Of a stretch of DNA of 64,000 nucleotides, positions 48,006 through 59,616 are shown piece by piece. The stretch's first letter is position 1; each line of letters opens with the position of its first letter. The translations under genes were made by a program, and so were the position numbers. The notes beneath the pieces are model-generated. The model saw only the letters and a program-made list of their open reading frames with translations. It was not told the DNA's origin and made no database searches. The stretch comes from Pirellulales bacterium (GTDB taxonomy: Bacteria > Planctomycetota > Planctomycetia > Pirellulales > Lacipirellulaceae): contig JADLBW010000279.1 in NCBI GenBank assembly GCA_020847515.1, positions 597 to 64,596 of the forward strand, in the 5' to 3' direction.

Positions 48006-49634
48006 CTACGGCCGGGCGTCTATGAACATGTAGCCATTGTCGGCGGTCTGGAAGAGGGGTCGATGCGGATTGGTGCGGCTGGCCCGGGCCGTGTTCCCGA
48101 AGTGCCAGACGAGATTGGTGAAGATGTTCCAAGATTCTTCGCGGGCCGCCGTCGCGCCTGAGTCCTCGTCCGGAATCAGGTAATTGAAACCGGTTTGCAG
48201 CGACCAGCGATTGCTGAAGGGCACATAGGCGTCAGCACCAAAAATGCCTTCGCCGTCGTTGGTGGCGCCGCCCCAGAACCGCATTTCGCCAGCCTGTCGG
48301 AAGGAACTGCGGTAGAACAGGTTGTACTGGTCGACGGTCTGGAATTCCGTACCGCCGATGCGCTCCGTGTTGGCGTGGGTAGCCCCCCAGAAGCCTATTT
48401 CATGCCCGCGCTGGCTCTTGATGCTCAGCTCGTATCGCACCTGTTGGAAATCGTGCGTACCCAGGAAGTCGTCGTCTTGGTAATCCCATACCGCGCCGAA
48501 TTGCAGGCCGGCTGGAACCCGCCGGAACAGGCCGGCGGTGACGAAATTCTGCGACCGGTCCTGCGTGGAGGGCGCGGAATTGCCGGAGAGCTGGCTCTGC
48601 ACGGCCTGATATCCCAACTGATAGCTGAGCTGCGGAAACAGCAGCCCGACGAACGGCGCCCGGCCGCCGAGGTTCACGCCTTCCTGGAAGCCGAAGTTCC
48701 CGTCGCTGGGGCCGCCGAAATCCGCTGCGTCGCGCGGTCCTTTGAAGCCGTGAACGCCGCCCCAGACCGATAGTTCCTTGAAGCGCGGCAGACAGACCGG
48801 AAAACACCAATAATCAGGCCCCGGCATGCCGACGCAACTGCCGCATCCGACGCCGTCGCAGCCAAAGTCTCCGCAGCCGCAGGTCGGCTCCGCGCTGCCG
48901 CAGCCCCCGTCTATTACTCCGCAACCCGGTTCGACGACGCCGCAGCCTGGTTCTGCGATTCCACAGGCAGCCTCCATACTGCAGCCCGGCTCCGCCATAG
49001 CACATCCGGGCTCGCAGATGCCGCAGGTCGGCTCGCCGCATCCGCAAGTTGGCTCGGCCAGGCCGCAGGTCGGCAGATCGCAATCGATGCCGCCGTCGAA
49101 ATAGTTGGCGGGACGCAGGCTCGATTGCACCGCCGGCTGCAGCGCCCATGGCTCGCTTGAATCGAGATTGACCAGGCGATGGCGGGCGACGCTGTCGGGC
49201 GAGCGCCCATTGGACGCCTGGCTGCTGCTGCCTGCCGGCTGTAGGAAGACCGGTCGGGCGGCATTTTTGGCGGGCGCCTGTTGTACGGTCGGCCGGGCTT
49301 TCGTTGGTGTCGGCGGAGCGGGCGCCGACCGGGCGACCTGCCGGAACGTCGTTTGATGTACAGCGGCATTCGCGGGCGCTGCCGCGGCGGCTGGCGCCGT
49401 CGTGCTCGCGCTGGCGGGGCCGTTGAGGGCCTCTGGAGAGGAACTTCGGAACTGCAGACTGCTAGCGCCGCTGACAGCCGCTGAGGAGGCCGCGGCCCGA
49501 TTCGGCTTTTGAAAATGAAGATGGCCCTCGGCCGTTTCATGGGCGAAGGCGGACGCCGGCATCACTAGTGCGCTGGCTGTAGCGACAAGAACCCAGATCA
49601 GACCAAGGCGAGTCAACGAGGTGGCGATTTTCAT
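48006..49634 (-). CDS. Planctomycete secreted protein with Cys-rich repeat region and C-terminal barrel-like domain (DUF6666-like)
   Basis: Signal peptide, Ala/Pro linker, EPxCG repeats, then GVHGFKGP, NFGFQEGVN, QNFVTAGLFRR, LQFGAVWD, ESWNI. Confidence 0.78.
   Translation of the reverse strand: MKIATSLTRLGLIWVLVATASALVMPASAFAHETAEGHLHFQKPNRAAASSAAVSGASSLQFRSSSPEALNGPASASTTAPAAAAAPANAAVHQTTFRQVARSAPAPPTPTKARPTVQQAPAKNAARPVFLQPAGSSSQASNGRSPDSVARHRLVNLDSSEPWALQPAVQSSLRPANYFDGGIDCDLPTCGLAEPTCGCGEPTCGICEPGCAMAEPGCSMEAACGIAEPGCGVVEPGCGVIDGGCGSAEPTCGCGDFGCDGVGCGSCVGMPGPDYWCFPVCLPRFKELSVWGGVHGFKGPRDAADFGGPSDGNFGFQEGVNLGGRAPFVGLLFPQLSYQLGYQAVQSQLSGNSAPSTQDRSQNFVTAGLFRRVPAGLQFGAVWDYQDDDFLGTHDFQQVRYELSIKSQRGHEIGFWGATHANTERIGGTEFQTVDQYNLFYRSSFRQAGEMRFWGGATNDGEGIFGADAYVPFSNRWSLQTGFNYLIPDEDSGATAAREESWNIFTNLVWHFGNTARASRTNPHRPLFQTADNGYMFIDARP
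48834..49082 (-). repeat. Coding tandem repeat, ~7-aa units (xxEP[T/G]CG)
   Basis: CDLPTCGLAEPTCGCGEPTCGICEPGCAMAEPGCSMEAACGIAEPGCGVVEPGCGVIDGGCGSAEPTCGCGDFGCDGVGCGSC. Confidence 0.85.
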
Positions 49635-50569
49635 GAATCGAGTTCACGGGGGCCGGCCAAAGCCGCCGCCGCCTTTGTCTTGACGTGCCTGCTTTGATGT
49701 TCGCGGTTTGCGACAGCAGCGCAGGCGCGTCTCGGCAGCCCCCCCGGGAACCAACGCGTACAGTGGGAATCGACCGTACGCCGCCGGAACTTTCGTTAGA
49801 ATCGCTACGAACCGAAAAATCCGCAGAATTGTGGCTCAGCCTGCTAGCGTTGGCCATCGTACGCTTGGCGATTGACGGCACTGTCCACATCCTTGGCTCG
49901 TGGCTGCGAACGACTCCCACAACCCGCTCGAATGGCAGGACGCGACGTCAAGGAAACCCCCTATTAGCTGGTAGAATGGAACGACTTAGGACAGCGTTGC
50001 CCGCACGATGGGGCATAAAAGCGCTCGGGCTGGCCGTAAAGATGTTGCCTCTGGCGCAGTTTGTGCTGATACTACACTTATAGAGAAGAGTTCTTGGAGC
50101 GGTTCGTAGTCGCGGGGTCCAAACCTGCGGGGCCGTCGGCAACCTTGGTATGGTTGCCGCGAACAGGATTCCTTAACGCTCTTTGCCAATTTCCGCTCAC
50201 TAGCGTGCAACGCGGGTTCTTGGGCACGACGGCATCCATTCTGGCGATGCCGCATTCAAACTGCAGTCGGCGGTTTAGCGACCCGCCAGCCATGCTGCGC
50301 TGATATGCCGGGACCGCTGGTCCCCGCGGCCTACGCCGTGCCGCTCACCGTGTAGGCTCAGCGAACTTGCGTGCGCGCTATTGGAGAGGGAGTGGCCGGG
50401 ACGCTAAGCCGCGTGCGCCATCGGGAGCCTGTCCGGGAATCGCTTCAAAGTCGCCCTGCCGGGAATCGCCGATTCGCATTAGACCTAGAAATTCACACGC
50501 ATTGATTGAGTTGCAGACAACCGCGCCCGGAGCCACGGCTTTCGCGCCAAGTCCGCATGGAGTAATGCA

Positions 50570-52618
<2,049 letters not shown>

Positions 52619-52690
52619 CGGGCTGTGAGCTCTGGGCCGTGAGCCGCAAGAAGGCTAGCGGCTGCAAGCTCACAGCTCACAGCTCAAAAC
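52619..52690. repeat. Intergenic heptamer palindromic microsatellite
   Basis: Degenerate GCTGTGA units on the left arm face AGCTCAC units on the right arm. Confidence 0.7.
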
Positions 52691-52698
52691 TCCAGCCA

Positions 52699-53805
52699 AT
52701 GCTCGACATTGAACGCGATCAACGCCGCTTCAAAGAAATTGTCCGCGGGCGAATCCGGGGCAATTTGCGTAAGTACATCACCCACGGCGAAATGATCGGC
52801 CGCAAGGGTCGCGATATCGTCAGCATTCCGGTGCCGCAACTCGACGTGCCGCGGTTCAAGTTCGGAAAGAACGGCTCCGGCGGGGTGGGGCAGGGCGAAG
52901 GGCAGGTCGGCGATCCGATCGGTAAGCCCGGCAACGATCCCGGCAGCGGCGGCGGCGCAGGAAGCGACCCCGGCGGCGGCCACTTCCTCGAAGTGGAGGT
53001 CTCGCTCGACGAGCTCGCCGAGATGCTCGGCAACGAGCTGGAACTGCCTCGGATCAAGCCCAAGGGCGCCGCCAGCATCGAGGCCGAAAAGACTAAATAC
53101 AACAGCATCCGCCAGACAGGGCCTGAATCGCTGCGGCACTTTCGGCGCACCTATCTGCGGGCGCTGAAGCGGCAGATTTCGACCGGCGCGTACGAAATCG
53201 ACGAGCCGCGAGTCATTCCGGTCAATGCCGACAAGCTCTATCGCTCCTGGAACGACGTACCGCAGCCGAAGGTCAACGCGGTGGTGATCTACATGATGGA
53301 CGTTTCGGGCTCGATGACCGACGAGCAAAAGGAGATCGTCCGTACCGAGGCGTTCTGGATCGACGCCTGGCTCGGCAAGCAGTATCGCGGCATCGAAAAA
53401 CGGTACATCATTCACGACGCCGCCGCGAAGGAAGTCGACGAGCACACGTTTTACCACACCCGCGAAAGCGGCGGCACGCGGATCAGCTCGGCTTATAAAG
53501 CGGCGGCCGAGCTTATCGACCAGTCGTTTCCCGTCGAGGATTGGAACCTTTACTGCTTTCAGTTCTCCGACGGCGACAACTGGGGCGACGACAACCGCAA
53601 GGCGTTCGAGCTGTTAAGCGAGAAGCTGCTGCCGGCGGTCAATCTGTTCTGCTACGGCCAGGTCGAAAGCCCCTACGGCAGCGGCGACTTCATCGACGCG
53701 CTGGAAAAGCAATTCGACTCGCATGAAAAGCTGGTGCTGTCAGAAATCGCCGACAAAGACGCCATCTACGAATCGATCCGCACGTTTTTAGGCAAAGGAA
53801 AATGA
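52699..53805 (+). CDS. yeaH: YeaH/YhbH-family (DUF444) vWA-domain protein
   Basis: [37 protein letters not shown]-like [27 protein letters not shown]. Confidence 0.92.
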   Translation: MLDIERDQRRFKEIVRGRIRGNLRKYITHGEMIGRKGRDIVSIPVPQLDVPRFKFGKNGSGGVGQGEGQVGDPIGKPGNDPGSGGGAGSDPGGGHFLEVEVSLDELAEMLGNELELPRIKPKGAASIEAEKTKYNSIRQTGPESLRHFRRTYLRALKRQISTGAYEIDEPRVIPVNADKLYRSWNDVPQPKVNAVVIYMMDVSGSMTDEQKEIVRTEAFWIDAWLGKQYRGIEKRYIIHDAAAKEVDEHTFYHTRESGGTRISSAYKAAAELIDQSFPVEDWNLYCFQFSDGDNWGDDNRKAFELLSEKLLPAVNLFCYGQVESPYGSGDFIDALEKQFDSHEKLVLSEIADKDAIYESIRTFLGKGK

Positions 53806-53808
53806 ATG

Positions 53809-53882
53809 AACCACGGAGCCACGGCTAGCACGCAGGAAAAACGTGGTACGCGATTCTCCGTGCTCTCCGTGCCTCCGTGGTT
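53809..53882. repeat. Intergenic 8-9-mer palindromic repeat (REP-like)
   Basis: AACCACGGAG-CCACGGCTA-GCACGCAG ... CTCCGTGCT-CTCCGTGC-CTCCGTGGTT, with perfect 10-bp terminal inverted repeats. Confidence 0.75.
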
Positions 53883-53896
53883 AGCTACGATCAGAT

Positions 53897-55438
53897 ATGC
53901 CAATAGGTCCTACTAGCAATCTGACGCCGGAACTTGCCGCCTTGCAAGTGGAGATCGAGGCGCACGCGCGCCGCTACGGGCTCAACTTCTTCCCGACGAT
54001 ATTCGAGCTGATCGACGCCGACCAGCTCAACTCGATTGCCGCCCGCGGCGGGTTCCCGGTGCGCTACCCCCACTGGCGGTTTGGCATGGAGTACGAGCAG
54101 CTCTCCAAGGGCTACAACTACGGATTGCAGAAGATCTACGAGATGGTGATCAACAACGATCCGTGCTACGCCTACCTCATGCGCTCCAACGGCCTGATCG
54201 ATCAGAAGCTGGTCATGGCCCACGTCTACGGGCACTGCGACTTCTTTAAGAACAACGACTGGTTCGCCCATACCAACCGCAAGATGATGGATGAAATGGC
54301 GAACCACGGCACGCGGATTCGCCGCTATCTGGACGAGGCAGGCGTCGAAGAGGTCGAGGACTTCATTGACGTCTGCCTGAGCGTCGAGGACCTGATCGAC
54401 GTCCACGCGCCGTTTATTCGGCGACGGGAAAAGAAGGACCAGTACGACTTCACCGGCGGCAGAAAGGAAGACGAGTCGAACGGCCCGGCTCGCTTTCGAG
54501 CGAAGGAGTACATGGAGCCCTTCGTCAATCCGCGCGAAGCGATGGTGCGAAAGAAGCAGGACGCCGACGAGCTGGCTGCCCGAAAGCTTCCGCCGCGGCC
54601 TGAGCGGGACGTCCTGCTGTTCCTGCTCGAGCACGCACCGCTGAACGCATGGCAGCACGACGTCTTGTCGATCATCCGCGACGAGTCTTATTACTTCGCG
54701 CCGCAGGCCCAGACGAAGATCATGAACGAAGGTTGGGCCAGTTACTGGCATTCGAAGATCATGATCCACGACGTCGTCACCTCGGCCGACATCGTCAATT
54801 TCGCCGACCATCACAGCGGAACGCTCGCCAGTTCGCCGACGCAGCTCAATCCGTACAAGGTCGGCATCGAGCTCTTCCGCGATATCGAAGACCGCTGGAA
54901 CCGCGGGGCGTTCGGTCGCGAATATGATGAATGCGAAGACGAGCGCCAGCGGCGGCGTTGGGACAAGCAGCTTGGCCTGGGCCGTGAAAAGATCTTCGAA
55001 GTTCGGCGCATTCACAACGACCTGACGTTCATCGACGAATTCCTGACGCTCGATTTCGTCCGCGACCACAAGCTCTTTCGATTCGGCTACAACCCCGGCG
55101 CCGAGACCTATGAAATCGAAAGCCGGGAATTCCCCCAGGTCAAGCAACAATTGCTGCAGAGTCTCACCAATCGCGGCCGCCCGATCATCAACGTCGTCGA
55201 CGGTAATTACAAAAACCGCGGCGAACTGTACCTGAGGCATGACTTTTGCGGCGTCGAGCTGCAAATGGACTATGCGGCCGACGCCCTCCAGAACCTGCAG
55301 CGGATCTGGAGCCGGCCCGTACACTTGGAAACAGTGTTGGAGAAGGCAAGAGCCGTAATGTCGTTCGACGGCAAGGATCACCAACTTGAAAAAGGCGAGA
55401 CCATCGAACTGACGGACGACCAAGAGGTGTCGGTATGA
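53897..55438 (+). CDS. spoVR: SpoVR/YcgB-family protein
   Basis: GFPVRYPHWRFG, IYEMVINNDPCYAYL, AHVYGHCDFFKNN, YYFAPQAQTKIMNEGWASYWH, LNPYKVG. Confidence 0.95.
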   Translation: MPIGPTSNLTPELAALQVEIEAHARRYGLNFFPTIFELIDADQLNSIAARGGFPVRYPHWRFGMEYEQLSKGYNYGLQKIYEMVINNDPCYAYLMRSNGLIDQKLVMAHVYGHCDFFKNNDWFAHTNRKMMDEMANHGTRIRRYLDEAGVEEVEDFIDVCLSVEDLIDVHAPFIRRREKKDQYDFTGGRKEDESNGPARFRAKEYMEPFVNPREAMVRKKQDADELAARKLPPRPERDVLLFLLEHAPLNAWQHDVLSIIRDESYYFAPQAQTKIMNEGWASYWHSKIMIHDVVTSADIVNFADHHSGTLASSPTQLNPYKVGIELFRDIEDRWNRGAFGREYDECEDERQRRRWDKQLGLGREKIFEVRRIHNDLTFIDEFLTLDFVRDHKLFRFGYNPGAETYEIESREFPQVKQQLLQSLTNRGRPIINVVDGNYKNRGELYLRHDFCGVELQMDYAADALQNLQRIWSRPVHLETVLEKARAVMSFDGKDHQLEKGETIELTDDQEVSV

Positions 55439-55914
55439 GCCTTTCATCGCTGCTGCTTGATGAGCTGCGCGCCTGCGCCGGACAGAGCGGAAAGTCGCTG
55501 TTCGTTCGCGACGGTCAGCGTAGCGTCCGCTGCGAGGCTGTGCATTGCGAGCGGTTCGCGGCGACCGTCGACGAGCTGGTGCTTGAGACGCCCGAGCTGG
55601 CGGCGGCTACGATCGCTCAGCTAGAGGCTGCCAGCCGCGACCTCGCGTCGCGCGTGAATTACTTGCTCGAGCCAGTAGCTCCCATCGAATCGGATGCGGC
55701 CGGCTGCACCGTCCAGATGCGCAGCAATCCGCCCCAAAAGGACGACAACGGCTGGCGGTATTACGAGCTCGTCCTACGTCGCGGCGGCTCAGTCGCTCTG
55801 GCCCGGTATGAACGGCAACCCGGCCAGCCGCGCGTCCGCGTGCCGGCGGCATTGACCCATGAAGTGATTGGGCGGTTGGTCAACGATTTTGAGTTGACGG
55901 CGGCCTCCGTGTAG
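55435..55914 (+). CDS. Hypothetical protein translationally coupled to spoVR
   Basis: ATGA overlap with the spoVR stop and a GAGGT RBS. Motifs RVNYLLEPVAPIESD, VQMRSNPP, YYELVL. Confidence 0.8.
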   Translation: MSLSSLLLDELRACAGQSGKSLFVRDGQRSVRCEAVHCERFAATVDELVLETPELAAATIAQLEAASRDLASRVNYLLEPVAPIESDAAGCTVQMRSNPPQKDDNGWRYYELVLRRGGSVALARYERQPGQPRVRVPAALTHEVIGRLVNDFELTAASV

Positions 55915-55933
55915 CGGAACGCGATCTGGCGCC

Positions 55934-56082
55934 ATGGACGCGTACGAAGCAATGCTTGACGCTGATCTTGCATGGGCGCTCCAACTGCCATTGGACTTTG
56001 TCGAAAAATCGATCCATCTGTTCGCGACGCGTACCAACAGCTCTGGCAGGCGGTCGCCGAGGCCAACACAGACGATTACTGA
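55934..56082 (+). pseudogene. Collapsed gene remnant (large internal deletion plus frameshift), possibly a nucleotidyltransferase-family gene
   Basis: MDAYEAMLDADLAWALQLPLDFVEK, then after a shift in the A-run, DPSVRDAYQQLWQAVAEANTDDY-TGA. Family assignment is from recall only. Confidence 0.45.
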
Positions 56083-56170
56083 TTGACGCTCTCATCCTCA
56101 ACAGCCAAATCTGGTACCATGCGCTTTGATCTACAGTCTCTGTATCGTCTGATTTCGATCCGCTACTGCC

Positions 56171-57016
56171 ATGAATCGCCCCCCTGCCGCCAATCCCGCC
56201 GAGTACTCCCGGAAGCCCGCCGACGGTGGTTGGCACTGCACGCACCTCTTTTACTCGTGGAATCGCGATCGACTGGCCGACATGCCGCCCGAGCATATCG
56301 CCGAGGGCCGAGCCGCGTTAATCTCCACGCTCGATCCTGCCCATGAAGGCGCCCCGCTCCGCCTGCAGACTTCGATCGTCAGCGGCGCCAAGGCCGACTT
56401 CGGCCTGATGGCGTTGGACCCCGACCCGTTGACCGTCGATCGCGTCCATCAGCGGCTCTTGGCCGGACCGTTGGGACCAGCCGTCGTTCCCGGCTATTCG
56501 TTCGTCTCGATGACCGAAATCAGCGAATACGTCATGACGGCCCAGCAGTACGGCGAACGGCTCGTGGCCGAGGGGGAGATCGAAGGCAGTTCCATCTATC
56601 AGTCGAAGGTCAAGGCCTACGCCGACCGGGTGACGCATATGAACCGCCAACGGCTGACCCCCGACTTTCCTCCCTACCCCAACACGTGCTTCTACCCCAT
56701 GAATAAGAAGCGCAAAGTAGGAGAGAACTGGTTCCTGCTGTCGAAAGAGGAGCGGATGAACCTGATGAGCGAGCACGCCAAGAGCGGCATGGCTTTCGCC
56801 GGGAAGGTTTCGCAGCTCATCACGGTGGGGCTGGGATTGGACGACTGGGAGTGGGGAGTAACCTTGTGGGCGACCAATCCGCAATACCTTAAGGAGATCG
56901 TCTACTACATGCGGTTCGACGAAGCAAGCGCGAGGTATGCCGAGTTCGGGCCGTTTTACGCAAGCTACGTCTGCACTCCCGCTGAAATGCTCGACCATTG
57001 CCTCGTCGATCGGTGA
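56171..57016 (+). CDS. chdC: Coproheme decarboxylase (HemQ/ChdC, chlorite dismutase superfamily)
   Basis: GAKADFGL, YSFVSMTEISEY, CFYPMNK (catalytic Tyr and Lys), NWFLL..ER..LMSEH (proximal His), distal Gln in KVSQLIT, GLDDWEWGVTL, MRFDEASARYAEFGPFY. Confidence 0.85.
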   Translation: MNRPPAANPAEYSRKPADGGWHCTHLFYSWNRDRLADMPPEHIAEGRAALISTLDPAHEGAPLRLQTSIVSGAKADFGLMALDPDPLTVDRVHQRLLAGPLGPAVVPGYSFVSMTEISEYVMTAQQYGERLVAEGEIEGSSIYQSKVKAYADRVTHMNRQRLTPDFPPYPNTCFYPMNKKRKVGENWFLLSKEERMNLMSEHAKSGMAFAGKVSQLITVGLGLDDWEWGVTLWATNPQYLKEIVYYMRFDEASARYAEFGPFYASYVCTPAEMLDHCLVDR

Positions 57017-57164
57017 GCGCACTGGCGGGGCTACGGCCTCGCCCAGAGAGGCGTCGCTCGGCAGGCGCGGCTTTCGATTCTTTTCGCCGCCTTGGCGCGA
57101 CGCTAGAATGAGGCCGCGGCGGCCGAATTCTTTTCTTTACAGCGCAACTGAGCGAGGGCGCAGT

Positions 57165-57866
57165 ATGGCGGGCGGCGTCGTTCTTGGCGAACAGGACCAG
57201 GCGATTGATCATCACTCCGTGCCCAATGTTCGCGCCGGAGTGCACGTCGTCAAACACCCGCTAGTCGCCCATCACCTTACGCGGATGCGCCGCGCCGCTA
57301 CCCGGGCCAGCGAATTTCGCGATCTTGTGCGTCGCCTGGCGACGCTTGTGGCGTACGAGGCCACGCAGGATTTGCCGATGGCTCCCTATCGCGTTCAAAC
57401 GCCTCTGGCCGCAGTCGATGGCGTAAAACTTCGCGGTCGCATCGGTCTGATTCCCATTCTGCGAGCCGGCCTGGGAATGATCGATCCGGTGCTCGATCTA
57501 TTGCCGATGGCCGAGGTCTGGCACCTGGGCCTCTATCGCGATGAGTCCACGGCGCTGCCAGTACGCTACTACGACAAGCTTCCCGCCGAGCGCCCGGTAG
57601 ACGTCGCACTCATCCTCGACCCGATGCTGGCAACCGGCGGTTCGGCTACCGCCGCCCTCATGACGCTCCGCCAGTGGGGCGTGCCGCGGGTGAAAGTGCT
57701 GTCGCTGATTGCCGCTCAGCCAGGAATCGATTCCGTCGCCGCTCAATTTCCTGACGCGCAGATTTACATCTGCCAGATCGATCCGGAGCTGAACTCCCAT
57801 AAATTCATCGTCCCTGGACTGGGCGACGCCGGGGATCGGATCTTCAACACGGCGCCGCGCGATTGA
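57165..57866 (+). CDS. upp: Uracil phosphoribosyltransferase
   Basis: HPLVAHHL, PILRAGLGM, HLGLYRDE, LDPMLATGGS, IVPGLGDAGDRIFNT. Start uncertain (57165 or GTG 57219). Confidence 0.95.
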   Translation: MAGGVVLGEQDQAIDHHSVPNVRAGVHVVKHPLVAHHLTRMRRAATRASEFRDLVRRLATLVAYEATQDLPMAPYRVQTPLAAVDGVKLRGRIGLIPILRAGLGMIDPVLDLLPMAEVWHLGLYRDESTALPVRYYDKLPAERPVDVALILDPMLATGGSATAALMTLRQWGVPRVKVLSLIAAQPGIDSVAAQFPDAQIYICQIDPELNSHKFIVPGLGDAGDRIFNTAPRD

Positions 57867-57905
57867 AACGCCGGGCCGGGCGCCCGTCGCACGCTTCCGG
57901 CCATC

Positions 57906-58071
57906 CTATTGAGAACTGCGCGACTAATGAACCCTGCCTGGCTGTCGGCTAGCGGTTAGCGGCTAGCGGCCGACCGCCAGAGGGAAGAAGCCTAATTCTG
58001 GCCGCTACCCGATAGCCGATAGCCGCTAGCCGCATTTAAAACGGGTGCATTATCGGCGCAGGAATCAATAG
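57906..58071 (+). repeat. Hairpin MITE/REPIN-like element, copy 2 (most complete)
   Basis: Imperfect 28-bp terminal inverted repeats CTATTGAGAACTGCGCGACTAATGAACC / GGTGCATTATCGGCGCAGGAATCAATAG, with internal heptamer arms. Confidence 0.88.
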
Positions 58072-58213
58072 AATCATGCAACTATTGCACGAGCGATTAG
58101 AGTGAAGAGCGCTGGCGACCGTCGTCGCAACGCCACGGCGAACGGTTGCTTTAACCCGGCAATATTTACCTCGCCCTTTCACTGGTCGCCCAGCCGTATA
58201 ATCGCCTCCTGCC

Positions 58214-59455
58214 ATGCATCGCCTCGTCAGCCTACTGGGAATCGCCGTTTTTATTGGTCTCGCCTGGCTGATGAGCTCGCATAAGCGGCGCATTAATCCG
58301 CGCATTGTCGCGGGGGGGTTGGCGCTGCAATTTTTGTTTGCTGCGTTCATCCTCCGGACGAGCTACGGCAGCCGGGCCTTTGACGCCGTCGACCGCGCTT
58401 TTAACACGCTGCTGGGCTGCGTGAACGCCGGCTCGGCGTTCGTTTTTGGCGACGACTTCACAGAGCACTTCTTCGCCTTCAAGGTGCTGCCGACGATCAT
58501 CTTCTTCTCCGCGTTCATGTCCATCTTCTACTACTACGGGGTCATGCAGTGGATCGTCGGCAGATTCGCTCGATTGATGCAGCTTACGCTCGGCACGTCG
58601 GGCGCCGAAACGCTCTCGGCGGCTGCGAACGTCTTCGTCGGTCAAACTGAAGCGCCGCTGGTCGTGCGCCCCTATATTAGCAGCATGACCGTCTCCGAGC
58701 TGAACGCGATCATGATCGGCGGATTCGCGACCATGGCCGGCGGAGTGCTGGCAGCGTACGTGGAAATGGGGATTAGCGCCAAGCACCTTCTCTCCGCTTC
58801 CGTGATGGCGGCCCCGGCGGGCCTGATGATCGCAAAGATCCTGCAGCCGGAAATCGACGAGCCCAAGACGCTCGGCAAGGTGCGAATCGACGTCAAGGAC
58901 CCCAGCGCCAACGTCCTCGAAGCCATTGCCAACGGCGCCTCGGGCGGATTGCAACTGGCGCTGAACGTCGGCGCTATGTTGCTCGTGTTCCTGGCGCTCA
59001 TCGCGTTGATCAATCTCTTGCTCGGCTGGCTCGGCGCCCAACTGGGCTATGTATCTGCACAAGGATCGGACGCCCGCTACCTGTGGTCGCTGGAGGCCGC
59101 GCTGGGTTGGCTGTTTCAGCCAGTTGCCTGGTTGATCGGCATCGCCTGGGAAGATTGCCGGCTGGCCGGCGAGCTATTGGGGCTGAAGATGGCGGCCAAT
59201 GAGTTCGTCGCTTACGGTCGCCTCGCCGAGTGGTCGCAGCCAGACGCCCAGGTAATGGGCGAACGCAGCCGCCAGATCATGACCTACGCCCTTTGCGGCT
59301 TTGCCAACTTCAGTTCGATCGGCATTCAACTCGGCGGCATCGGCGGCATGGCGCCGGACCGCCGCGGCGATCTGGCGCGATTGGGCCTGCGAGCGATGCT
59401 TGGCGGAACCCTCGTAGCGTTGATCAACGCCGGCGTCGCCAACATCCTGCTGTAA
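58214..59455 (+). CDS. nupC: Concentrative nucleoside transporter (CNT, NupC family)
   Basis: FAFKVLPTIIFFS, GTSGAETLSAAANVFVGQTEAPL, GGFATMAGGVL, LLSASVMAAP, ANEFVAY, YALCGFANFSSIGIQLGG. Confidence 0.95.
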   Translation: MHRLVSLLGIAVFIGLAWLMSSHKRRINPRIVAGGLALQFLFAAFILRTSYGSRAFDAVDRAFNTLLGCVNAGSAFVFGDDFTEHFFAFKVLPTIIFFSAFMSIFYYYGVMQWIVGRFARLMQLTLGTSGAETLSAAANVFVGQTEAPLVVRPYISSMTVSELNAIMIGGFATMAGGVLAAYVEMGISAKHLLSASVMAAPAGLMIAKILQPEIDEPKTLGKVRIDVKDPSANVLEAIANGASGGLQLALNVGAMLLVFLALIALINLLLGWLGAQLGYVSAQGSDARYLWSLEAALGWLFQPVAWLIGIAWEDCRLAGELLGLKMAANEFVAYGRLAEWSQPDAQVMGERSRQIMTYALCGFANFSSIGIQLGGIGGMAPDRRGDLARLGLRAMLGGTLVALINAGVANILL

Positions 59456-59616
59456 GGGCCTGCGAGGCCTGATAGCAACACGGCGCGTTTCGCCGGCGGC
59501 TTGAATGGGATATCATTAGCGCCCCGAATCAAACGGCGTCCCGATCGGCGCCGTAGCCACGCCCTCAAGGCCATACGAGCGCGGCGGTCGGCGGCCCATT
59601 CGATCAGGAATGACAC

